Positions 11,643 to 21,726 of a stretch of DNA of 43,028 bases are shown in pieces. This stretch comes from Perkinsus chesapeaki ATCC PRA-425 (taxonomy: Eukaryota; Protista; Perkinsozoa): contig JAAPAO010000285.1 of assembly GCA_013115145.1 (NCBI GenBank), positions 1 through 43,028 of the forward strand. The letters run 5' to 3'. Position 1 is the stretch's first letter, and every line of letters begins with the position of its first letter. Position numbers and translations under genes: made by a program. The notes below the pieces were generated by a model that was given only the letters and a program-made list of their open reading frames with translations, searched no databases and was not told the origin of the DNA.

Positions 11643-13416
11643 TTAGCCCGAGTGCTCGTCAACCGAGCCCGAGACCTGTCCTGGCGGCGTACCAACAGGA
11701 CCATGCGTGAGCTCGCCGGGCCTTTCAGACTCAAGCATCTCCATCGACGGCTCGCTTGTGAACGGATTCTCAAGACTGACAACCCGCTTGCCGAAATGAT
11801 ACCTGAATATCGGTGAAAACCAATAGGGCGTAGGACCAGGCGTTCAACAGGCTACCAAAAGGGGTTGTGGTTGTCGTCTCTGAACATGACCCATGGGCCG
11901 CCTTCAGCGGTGCTTCTTGAACGATCAATCAACACCTGAGCTTCCTCGGGTGGGACCAGAAAGCCTCCACGGAAAACTTGACCTAATAGCGCTAGTGCCG
12001 CCAGTCGAGCATCCTGTCGAAAGCTCACCAGTGTTGTCGATGCTAAGATGGACGTGCTGTCTGCGGCGCCCTTTGCCATGTAATTTAATAAAACATTGAG
12101 TGCAGAATAGATCCACGCAGTCCTCGCAAAGGACAGTTGCGTTGAGGTGCTCGCACTCCTGAGGAAGACGACATCTCTCCCATCCAAGGAAGATACTTCT
12201 TACCTGACAAACAAGTCCTGAAATAACCCTCTTCAAATGGTTGTGCAATTCGGGCCGAGATGCATGAGTTGTCACGTAGCAGTTGTCGCAGAAGAAGCTA
12301 CCACACTGGACACACTGACATGTAGCGATAACCTCATCGCAGGCGCCACCTAGCATAAAGTTCGCATACTCATTCATGGACGAATTGACTTACAGACTAG
12401 TTGCTCCACATCAGCTGTCACATGACCTCGTCGGTTCCCGGTGGCATGGGTGGCGTTGAAGCAGTCCTAAGTATAGCAGCCTTTCCACTTCAGTGGAGAG
12501 TTTCGGCTCTACTTGGCAGTAATAATCCTGACAGACTTCACACTTGAGAACTGCGCTTTTATCCTCGCACTCTTCACACATCACAACCGCCTCGGGCTTC
12601 TTAATTATATCATCCTTCACCTGATGCCAGCCGTACTCACTAACTCTATCTTTCCCTTCACACTTGATTCTTTCTAAAGCGTCTTAAAAAGCCAATATGG
12701 GCCTCCATGTCGGAAAGGAACGTTGTTAGGTCGTACTGCTTAGCAACATATGCCTCCAAGGTCTGCTTCAGGCATCGCACCTGTCAAGGTGATGATGGGC
12801 CATCATGCCTCCAGATGCACCGACCAAGAAGAACTCTTTAGTGGGGTCAACTCCGAGTAGCTGAGGGATTTGTTCACAAATCTGCGGTGTCGATACGGGT
12901 AGCTCGAGCGCTATTCGCTCATGCAGGGCCTTCAGTATGAATCTGGCCTCAACTTGCTCGTCCTGCGCGGCTTGCAGCCTCACGTGTATTTCTCGCGACC
13001 ATCGTCGGTGTCCTTCATTATCTGCTCCAATAGGAACTAAAATTGACCCTATTAATAAAACTGGCAGACTTGGCGGCGGTCATTTTTGTCACTTTAGAGT
13101 ATGTCTTCTGTTTGTGATAGAGTTGGGAATAATGCTCTATTACAGGGTGGACCTTTTGGACCTTCTTTGTTATCAGGTTGTAATACATTGTGGACCCATC
13201 TTGACCGGTGAACTCCTTCCACTCTTTGTGATCAATCTGGGGGTACACCTCAGCAGGATTCGAGAAAAAGTCGGTATGACCGACCTTCGCCTTGCATGCC
13301 TCTTTAGCTATCCACAGACACTGCGGTTCGGCTACTGGATCCATACCTAGTAGCTTCGCTACAGTCACCAGCCTTGACGCTGGTGGATTGTCCACTGATG
13401 ATTGCATCACAACCAT
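11643..13416 (-). CDS. CEP164-like WW-domain protein with coiled coil and tandem B-box-type zinc fingers, multi-exon
   Basis: N-terminal AKLLGMDPVAEPQCLWIAKEACK..EWKEFTGQDGSTMYYNLITKKVQKVHP resembles the CEP164 N-terminal WW region. Three CxxC/His modules follow (CEECEDKSAVLKCEVCQDYYC; CDEVIATCQCVQCGSFFCDNCYVTTH; CEDCVDLFCTQCFIKLH..H), then a WW-like WVMFRDDNHNPFWYH. Stop TAA at 11645-11643. Confidence 0.7.
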
Positions 13417-13617
13417 TTGCCCCAGAAATGCCTCGCAAGAGCAGCACTAGAATGTTACCAACTAAACACATCAACCTGTGGGGTACAACATCGGCACAGT
13501 AGGCATGCATTGAAGAACATTGAAGATAGATAGTCAGACATATCTCAGGCGAACAGGCAACTACAACGACCTTGACCGCCTGTGCGAGAAAGCCGAACTA
13601 ACCAACATGGGGACAGA

Positions 13618-13691
13618 GTTGGATTGTGTCAGGCTTCGCGGGGCGATCAAATGCCTTTACCGCGTAACCTTCATTCGTTCAGCTAACCAAC
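13618..13691 (-). promoter_or_regulatory. Eukaryotic SECIS element, form 2
   Basis: Minus strand reads AUGA-A (core 13674-13671), helix GGUUACGCGG/CCGCGAAGCC (one A.A mismatch, one G.U), unpaired UAAA, apical mini-stem GGC/GCC, 3' UGAC, and lower helix GUUGG/CCAAC. It lies in the 3' UTR of a gene with an in-frame TGA. Confidence 0.85.
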
Positions 13692-13717
13692 ATCAAACGG
13701 TCAAAGGGTCGATGCAT

Positions 13718-15009
13718 CTACCCACTGTTGCTGATGGGCGACCGGGACGCCTCCTCATCATCATTTTCGGGCACCGCTGACTTCAAGCCAGACCCTAGTA
13801 TCGCATCCAGTTCTCCTGCTGTCCTCATCTCTTTCAGTCTTTCAATATTCTCAATGAAATTTCCTCTTAGGAAGATCTGCGGGAAGCTGTTCTGTCCGGT
13901 AAAGGTTGTCAAGGCATTCTCAATTTCAGAGACGCTGGCGAATGTATCGACGTTGATAACCTCCAAGGAGTCGGTTATCTAATGAACCCTCGACCACTTT
14001 ACCATAATAAGCGCTTACCATGTTAAGTTCAGCCACGGCAAGCTTGCATTGGGCAGAGCAAGACCAAGCGAAACATACAATCGCTGCAGTACCGTTGATC
14101 TTCCGATTTACGTATTGCATCGCCTGAATTCCGTACCGACACTTCCGTGATCGTATCTATGCCGCCGCCGCCCTACCTCAGCTTCATTGCTTATCTTATC
14201 CTCTTCGCAACCAGCGTCCGACTTCTGAACGATCTCGGTGATCTTTAGCGTCCCATCCAGGCAGGCTTCGACGTCGGCTGCCATGTCAGGTGACTTGAGG
14301 CTCCAAAAGCGGACCACCTTGCCACTAAGAAAGGCAAAGGCATCCTGAGGTCACCCACGCATTTCGCAGCACTCTTGATTAATCAGAAACTTCCCGAAGT
14401 TGAATGGAATCGGTTTCAGCTTCCCCGTCTTGTGGTTGTACAGGCCACAGTGGAACTTGAGATATCTAATAACCGTTTCAGATATGGTCGCCATGCAACT
14501 CATGATAGATACGTGCTACTCAAAAACTGGATGAGCATCTTCTCCATTAACATTGACTGGGCTTGCCAGTAGAAATACCTCCCCCTTAACCCCTTTGTAG
14601 GGCGCCATAACCCTCGTCACGAATTGGTCTATTTTAGTTTGAACTTTCAAGCCTTGTGTCATGAACTGCCTGAAGGAGGAGCGTCTTTGTCCATCTCTTT
14701 CTAGTCATTCCTACCGGCTCGGAAATCCGATTATTTTGAATTTTTTGTCCCCAAATTTGCTGCCGATTTCCCCAAAGACTTTGTAATCGGCAGCGGTCAA
14801 GCCTCATTTCGAGGCGACGTTGGCCACCAGCACCACATGGCCTGAAACGGTGCACTAAACCAACAATAATAAATACGAGCTTCACCTTCGAGCGTCTTGA
14901 AGTCGAGGGTGTCCCCGTCTATAAGCTCACAGGAGAGCTCATAGAAGCTCTTGGCTGTGATGCGAGGCTTGGTGGCACCAAAGCCTAACGCACTGGCAGC
15001 AGTTCCCAT
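13718..15009 (-). CDS. GPX: Selenocysteine glutathione peroxidase fused to a C-terminal glutaredoxin-like domain, about 335 aa, 7 exons
   Basis: Exons 15009-14886, 14841-14715, 14669-14520, 14465-14373, 14324-14177, 14123-14019 and 13978-13718 total 1008 nt. All introns are GT-AG and phase-compatible. Motifs: VVLVANVASK-U(TGA 14806-14804)-GLT, IIGFPSRQFMTQ, VNVNGEDAHPVFEYLK, PFNFGKFLINQDGKVV; then Grx-like IVCFAWSCSAQCK...TGQNSFPQIFLRG...GELDAIL. Confidence 0.9.
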
Positions 15010-15302
15010 TGGACAGTTGCTCTGGTTCGGGCGTGAAAAAGCAAAATCACTTAATTTGAGATGACCACAAAAGTGGGAGAGCTTTCGAGAGTGAGTGACT
15101 CCAGCTAAAATATACTGTTCTACAATCAGATGTCAGACTAGAGCTTACGAGACAAAAAAGCGAGACGACTGCTGCGATTTTATGGCGCGCGAGAAATATG
15201 TTGGCACACTTCCCATTCTGGAAATGACAGTGATCACGAGATGGCAAGATTTGATTTGACTTGGTCGCCGTCTAGAGTTTGCCACTACTACCTTACGTTA
15301 GT

Positions 15303-15468
15303 ACAGCACTACTATTAGTGCTGTCAGACTGACTATTAGGCCACTATTGACTAATAGCGCTCTCTGGCGTTCAAGCGTCGGAGAGTGCTCCTAAGGTTGA
15401 TTGATTCAATCTCTTGATTTTAGGCGTATTCGTATCGGGACCTGCGACCAGTGACTGGTCACCAGTCG
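15303..15468. other. Cluster of hairpins and palindromes in a divergent intergenic region
   Basis: 9-bp stem at 15303-15324, 7-bp stem at 15333-15357, 14-bp stem with 3 G.U pairs at 15356-15389, and overlapping interrupted palindromes at 15446-15467. Confidence 0.6.
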
Positions 15469-15517
15469 GAAGTAGCAAGATCGATACTATCCTTTAGCGA
15501 TTACATCCATTTTTATA

Positions 15518-16306
15518 ATGTCAATCACTATGACTAAACTACCATTATTCATCATCTGTTTCGTCTCGTGTACTGCTATTAAGAAGTCCACCACCACCAT
15601 CAACAACAACAACAACAACACTCAGACGACTGTTAATGTGCTCCAAGAGCAGGAAGTAGGCCCCGCTCGGTGTAGTGGTATTAAGACGATTATCATTTAG
15701 GCGAGCTCAGCAAAGCTGTCAAAGGCTCCGGTAGAGGAAGATTACATCTTCAGTGAGTACGGTGATGGGAAATTTGTGAAACTACCCAAGTCGCCATTTT
15801 GGAGGAACGTTCGAATCTACAAAGAAGAGCATCCATTCTTCACCCCAATTGGTGACGAGATCCACGTTGATAGGCTGGAGAAGATGAAGCCTTCGAATAA
15901 CCAGGTGCGCGATTTATTAGGGCGCCAACTTCAGCTTATGGATCGCAATAACTATGTTGATGTCGGATATTATTATATGACCGAAAATGGCGACTTTGCT
16001 GTTTACTCTGGTCGCGGTGACGACCTGGAGATATTCCAAGACGGTTGGACTCTCTACAAAGGGGGCTTTTACCAGTACCGCGGCAAAGGGGATTATTACC
16101 TATCACCATCGGGTGCCATGTTTAAGATATCCAACAAGAAGAAAAGATCCGGTCCTTACGAGAATCCAGTTACTGGAGCGACCTACCTGTTCAATGAAGA
16201 GCTGTGGGTCTACTATCCTGAGAGCTCGAAACCCGACGAAAAGATTAGACGCCCTAGGGGGAACAATGTCGGCAGACGGATGCCATGGATGAGAAACCGC
16301 TTCTAG
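15518..16306 (+). CDS. Secreted hypothetical protein, 2 exons, poly-Asn and Tyr/Gly-rich
   Basis: ATG at 15518 and a signal peptide (LPLFIICFVSCTA). A phase-0 GT-AG intron ends at 15700, and exon 2 is in frame with ORF 15776-16306. Confidence 0.65.
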
Positions 16307-16690
16307 ATGTTGTGCACATGACGGGAATCATTCCTGTTGGACATGATGCTCACGGCAGTGTATCAGACTTTTTGCAATCTGCACCAGTTGTCTTGGGGCA
16401 TACTCGTGCCTTGATATGATGACAGACTGGGTGGGGGATGAGTTAAAGTTAGCCAATGTTCGGGAGGAGCTAGAGTAGTCCAAATCTTTACATTTAGCCA
16501 GTCTTCCCTGCACGCATTCCTCACAGTAAGTACTTCAGTCACGAACCGACTCACTATACCGCGATCTTCTTTGCACATGGGAGATGCCCGTAGTTAGACT
16601 TAGAAACATAACATTAGTCGTAGACACAGTTGCACACGATTGTGAGGGATTTCGGACTCTTGGAAGTGCTTAAGTATATCCAGCCAACCA

Positions 16691-17682
16691 ATGACTGGAC
16701 CTCGGAATGAAGAAGAGACGCCTGCCTCGCCAACGTCATCGGAACTACTAATGCAAGGCATCCTAGACGAGGATTTACCATTTCACTATTCGGACGATGA
16801 GGAAGAGGAACCTCGGAAGTGATGGGGCACTCTGAAAACATAATAGAGCTTGCTACTGTTAGGAGCTCAGGAAGGCAAGGGGGCATGGTTGATGTCGAAA
16901 GCAAGAAGAGCATCTTTGAGGGTGAAACATTGCTCGCGATCAGAACGAGAGATAGCAGTCTAGTTGGTGGCTTCAGATTGTACAGAGGACCATTCGTTAG
17001 GGGATTTCATTACGATTCCGTCACCGCCGGTATCAAGTCCGGCATCAACGCCCAGCGGTCGGAGAGCTCCCAGGAGAAGGCGATGTACATATTAGATATC
17101 ACTGTGATCCGCTAGGCAGCCGCGTCGTCGGCAGGTAGCGTCGAATCACCTGCCTCGTCATCATACTGCGCCTTTCCAAGTGGTGGTGAAGATTCTTGTC
17201 GGCCTCGGTCTCCGGCGGGCGTCCAACTTGATAATGAGAATACCGACAATTCCTTCTGTTAGTAGAATAGTGTGTGAACAAAGGGACATATCTGCCTCTC
17301 AGCCCCAGACACGAGAGTAGCGGTAGAACTGCACAAGCAGTTAGCGTTGGCCCGAAGCCGCTGTCATGAGCTGGAGCAGGCTGATAAGGTTGACTGAGAA
17401 CAATACGCGAGGACTAAGATCCCACTGAGTGAAACAATGTAGATTCATAACTCTGACATCACCGCGTTACGAGCATCGAATATGGCATTAAGAGCAGAAG
17501 TAAACAGCGCAAAACGACAAGTGAAGCTGTCGAATGTGAGCTTTCATGTCGAAGTGTTGGAGTTGTTCATATTGTAGGAGGAAGCCCAATCTCTGCGCCA
17601 CCGCTTGGATGCCACATCTAGAGCGCTGTCTGATCTAGTAAGTAGATGGAAAGCTTCAACCTTTCCTGACAAGGAGAACTAA
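16691..17682 (+). CDS. Hypothetical acidic/coiled-coil protein, multi-exon
   Basis: Short open exons flanked by GT-AG introns (MTGPRNEEE...; ELHKQLALARSRCHELEQADK; EEAQSLRHRLDATSRALSDL). Internal exon structure and stop are uncertain. Confidence 0.4.
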
Positions 17683-17854
17683 GTAGAAGTATTGTGACAT
17701 ACGCGCTCATCAGTTGTTTGCCGTTTATGGTACAAGTCCAATATATATGCAGCACGTGGACTTGGGTCCGTATTACTAGTAGATTTACTATAGTAGTGGT
17801 CCAACTTTGCGCAATGCGATCTTGTCATTGAAACACATTACTAGCGTACCTTAA

Positions 17855-19556
17855 ATGGTAAAGTCGCGTACGACAGTGATTTGGATAGAAATCGAGCAAC
17901 GCAGCATTGGAGGCTCAAACTGGAATCCTTCTACAAAGCCGGAAAGAGCAGCAACCTCTTCACGAACCGGCAGAGAACCGGAAGGCTTCCATAGTGGAGG
18001 GGAATAAATCAACAACCGTTACTCCGAGGTGATGGTGCCTCGTTAGCTTGTGGGAACTTCGTATGGGCCGTAGGCAACGAGGCATTCAGACCGATGAACA
18101 CCCACAAGTTGAGATGGTCAGCTCTGAAGTGCTCGGGGAGCTTAAGCGGAAGTTGATGACATACGAAGAACGAGATGCTAAATATTCGAGGTACGGCGAC
18201 GTATCGGGTAGTTAAACGAACTCTTGAAGGTTCTTGCCTGGCATCGAGTTCATCCAGAGGCATGCCGAGGCCATGGGGAGCAGCACAGAAGACGCACATG
18301 GCGGGGAGCTCTGGTTGAGGGTTATTGCTTATCTGGATGAAAGGATAGAAGGGCTCGAGGAAGACAACAGAACTATGCGGGAGAGAGAAGACCGAGTCAG
18401 ACACCTTCAGGCAAGGCAACGCACTGAGTGAGTAATCAGCGCTTTCCCAGAGAGCAGCTGCCAGTGAGGTTGATGGAGAAACGGTGCAGACTATCAAAGA
18501 GTTGCAGCAACAACTCCGAATCAAAAACGATCTTATAGAAAGTCTTGTACGGCGGAGGCTTTCAACTCCTGGTTGTGAAATCATAAGTTAGGTGAAGCGA
18601 CAAGCTAACACATTGTCAGCCGAGAGCGCTGTCAGTCGTGAAGAGCACAGGTCATTCTGGTCTCTCGCTGCCCCGATGACGAGCAGTCCCAACGGACCAG
18701 CAGCTTCCGGTGAGATCATTTTGCGAATGACTACTGTTACTCGCCTCAACAACCGGTATTTGGTTAATATAACGATTAACGATCCTTCATGATAAGGCCG
18801 TAGATTAATTTAGATTCAACTACATCTCGCTTGGTCGAGCTTTCCTCAATACTGGCATATGAGAGAGACCGAAGACGACAGCTAGAGGCCTTGCTCCAAG
18901 AGCAGGTGTGGCTCTACGTGTGGTTGGAGGCCTGATGTCTTGGATGCTCAGACAGCAGCGACGGGCACAGCGATTGCAGAACGTGACAGATTCAAGAGGG
19001 GCGAAGATTCACTGTTGGTTGACTTCAGATCATTAGCGAGCCAGGTGGATTATTGATATCTTCGTGGAAGTGTACGAGTTTTGACACATCAGGTTTCACT
19101 TCTCCTCCGTGAGCTCCACACCATCACCACATCACAGGGGCATAAAAACAGAGATAGCGAACCAAGGCGAACACGAAGCGAAGCGACCAGCATGAGGTGC
19201 TTGTGAAATGCTTGAACGTTCCGTCTGTCAAACTGTTCAGGGCATTGCAATCCCTCCAAAAGCAGCTGGTCCGCTTAACTCAACGAGCTGATAACCGGAC
19301 GACATCCAGCACTTCGATACTGGGTCAGACGCGACAATTCACTAATAGCGTGATGAGGTGAGAGAAGGCAGGTTCGGCATCCCTCTACAGTTAGAGTGGT
19401 ACAGAGTCATCCTCTTAGTGTCCCTGGAGTCCGGCGGAGATCAACCACAAGATATAACTGTGCGGTTTCCCACGGAGTAGGCCGCGTCCTTCCGTTCGTG
19501 ATTGGTTCAATCGTTTGCCTCTGCCAGTCCGGAAGCCCCGACAAGAGGAGTGGTGA
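17855..19556 (+). CDS. Hypothetical coiled-coil protein, multi-exon
   Basis: Phase-compatible exons encode heptad-rich segments (ELKRKLMTYEERDAKY; YLDERIEGLEEDNRTMRERE; IKELQQQLRIKNDLIESL). Ends are uncertain, and it may join the upstream gene. Confidence 0.45.
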
Positions 19557-19919
19557 CACAGATATAGATCTTAGCATGACTCAAAAGCACGCGATAAAGG
19601 TATTTGCATTATGTCTGTAGTTGCAGCTGCGCCCATGTGATCGCTTCTCCCCTACGGCCCATTCAACACAGAAGCTTGACTTCATTTCGCCAGACTACCA
19701 AGTCGCCCTCCCCAACTCGTCCGCATCACTCGACGGCAGGGGGGTTTGCCCAGAGACAGTCTTGGTCGTCTGCAAGCGAGTTCTTCCGTGGATTATAGCT
19801 CATGCATAATGCCCACTGTGATTGTATCTTCATCGAACCGCTTGCGTTATCGAGTTTAACGGTGCTGATGAGCCGCTGGAAACTCTACGCAAAACTCACG
19901 TAACAACAGAAATAATACA

Positions 19920-21032
19920 TTACGGTATTATCACATCTTCATGGGCCGCACTCTCAATTCGAGTGAATATTCCAAACAGTCTTATACCTCGGTAAACAGC
20001 GCCAAGAGGGTGCTCTGTGACGGTGACACCTGTCAGAGTGGGATTGAACTCAACTTCCCACTTAACGATGTCCTGCTCAAACTCTAGCACTAGACGGTTG
20101 TTGTGCCATTGAACGACGGTGGCCAGGCCTAGGTTGTCAGAGAATATTTGAGCATATGAAGCATTCCTTGGGAGAGGATTCGTGACACGTTTGAAGTTGA
20201 GCGTATCGTATGGATTATACCGGTACGTGTCGAAGAGCTGAAAAGTGCTAGCATGCACTCCAGTAAGAACCCTGTCCACTACTAAGCCGATGGTAGTCCC
20301 AAGGTGGGGAGGAGGACCGATAACCATGCAAATAAGGCCTTCTCGGCCAACCGTGAAGAAGTCTGTTATATTTGCGAAGAAGATTTCCCCGTTGCCAACA
20401 GGCCAGCTACAATTCAACGTGCCGGCGTCCTCGAAGTAGCGCAGAGCATGTCGGACTTCCAATTGGCCTTTTTGGAATATACCATAGTCGTCCATGATGA
20501 GCCAACGGACATCGGGGAGAGCGAGGGCATTGAGAATGTCAGAGTGAACGTGGTCGTAGGTATGAGATGCGTCTATGAGAACAACTTCCACCGGGTTAGC
20601 TGGCATCAGGGTGGAGGCCCAGGAAGTACTGTAGGCATCGAATGAATGCCATTCGATATTGCTAGTGTTACCAGCGAACATCTTCACATTGTCCATGGCC
20701 GTGAAGACATTGCCGAGGTAATACTCCAGCACGATCACGTGTTTGAATATCTTAGACAGTACAGCGGTAGTGTAACCGTGATAAATGCCAACTTCAAGGA
20801 CTGTCCATTCTCGGGCTCCCGGAAGGGGGGCGAAGAAGGCCGCAATGTCACGCTTGAATTCTGGCGAAATGGTTATGCAGGATCGTTCGAATGCAGACTG
20901 TCTTTTCAAAACTTCGTCAACGTCGTCTAGTAAGGCATTGACCTCTTCCGTGGAGCGGGTGTTATCGGGAGGATGTGATGTGAAGCCCCCTTGCGCGAAC
21001 ACACAAGCTGATAGTGCTAAGCCAAGTAGCAT
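19920..21032 (-). CDS. Signal-peptide-bearing class I SAM-dependent methyltransferase (Methyltransf_24-like), intronless, 370 aa
   Basis: Signal peptide MLLGLALSACVFAQG, motif I VLEVGIYHGYTT, and VLIDASHTYDHVHSD...LIMDDY typical of this class. Confidence 0.8.
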   Translation of the reverse strand: MLLGLALSACVFAQGGFTSHPPDNTRSTEEVNALLDDVDEVLKRQSAFERSCITISPEFKRDIAAFFAPLPGAREWTVLEVGIYHGYTTAVLSKIFKHVIVLEYYLGNVFTAMDNVKMFAGNTSNIEWHSFDAYSTSWASTLMPANPVEVVLIDASHTYDHVHSDILNALALPDVRWLIMDDYGIFQKGQLEVRHALRYFEDAGTLNCSWPVGNGEIFFANITDFFTVGREGLICMVIGPPPHLGTTIGLVVDRVLTGVHASTFQLFDTYRYNPYDTLNFKRVTNPLPRNASYAQIFSDNLGLATVVQWHNNRLVLEFEQDIVKWEVEFNPTLTGVTVTEHPLGAVYRGIRLFGIFTRIESAAHEDVIIP

Positions 21033-21726
21033 TCGGATAACGATGAGGCTGGTGTTGGCAAAAGGTGGGTGGACGACTGAGTGCGTGAACTGCGGAGACT
21101 CGGACGGGGACTATCTCGAACACAACAAAGCTGCGAAATGACGCCGAATAGAATCGATACTTTTAGTGCTTACGAAACTAGCCTACCAAATGAGATTATA
21201 GGCCACCGAGAAGAAGAACGAAATAATATTAGATTAATCGATTGCCGACTGGGAAGACCACAACTGCGATGGCGATGTTCGCAAATACGAAACTTACAAA
21301 ATCTTCAAACTGAATTACTTCTAGAAACACACGACAACACACAATTGCGAAAAATAGACAACAAGAGCTGTTAGCCGACGCTTCGATCTCGAGGCTCATC
21401 CTCATCATAGGTCTGAGTCTCTGGCGTCGAGGTGCTCTGCCGGCGTGATTCACTGCAGAAGGCCGTGCTACCAGTAAATATATTATCACCTATACAACGA
21501 GATACAAGATACTGGCGAGCAGCCTTTTACCGTATTTGAGAGATATTCGACGTGGTGTAACCAATTCTGTTATACTATGATACCCATGCTTCATAGGCCG
21601 TAACAGAGGCAAGCGGCGTAACCTAACCACGCATCATCATCATCATCAAGGGTCACGGGTGGAACAGTCAAGTAGGAAAGTGTATCGTCAACTACACCGT
21701 AAATGAATGCAGAGGCAATCGAAGAC

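Noticed and set aside
14804-14806. In-frame TGA read as a pseudogene nonsense mutation
   Set aside because: It lies exactly at the GPx catalytic site, the downstream frame is intact, and a SECIS follows the gene.
15356-15395. Hairpin plus CTAA as a Helitron 3' end
   Set aside because: The spacing is too short, and no 5' TC end or Rep/helicase gene was identified.
18009-18584. 191-aa minus-strand ORF
   Set aside because: It is antisense to the spliced coiled-coil gene and has no recognisable motif.
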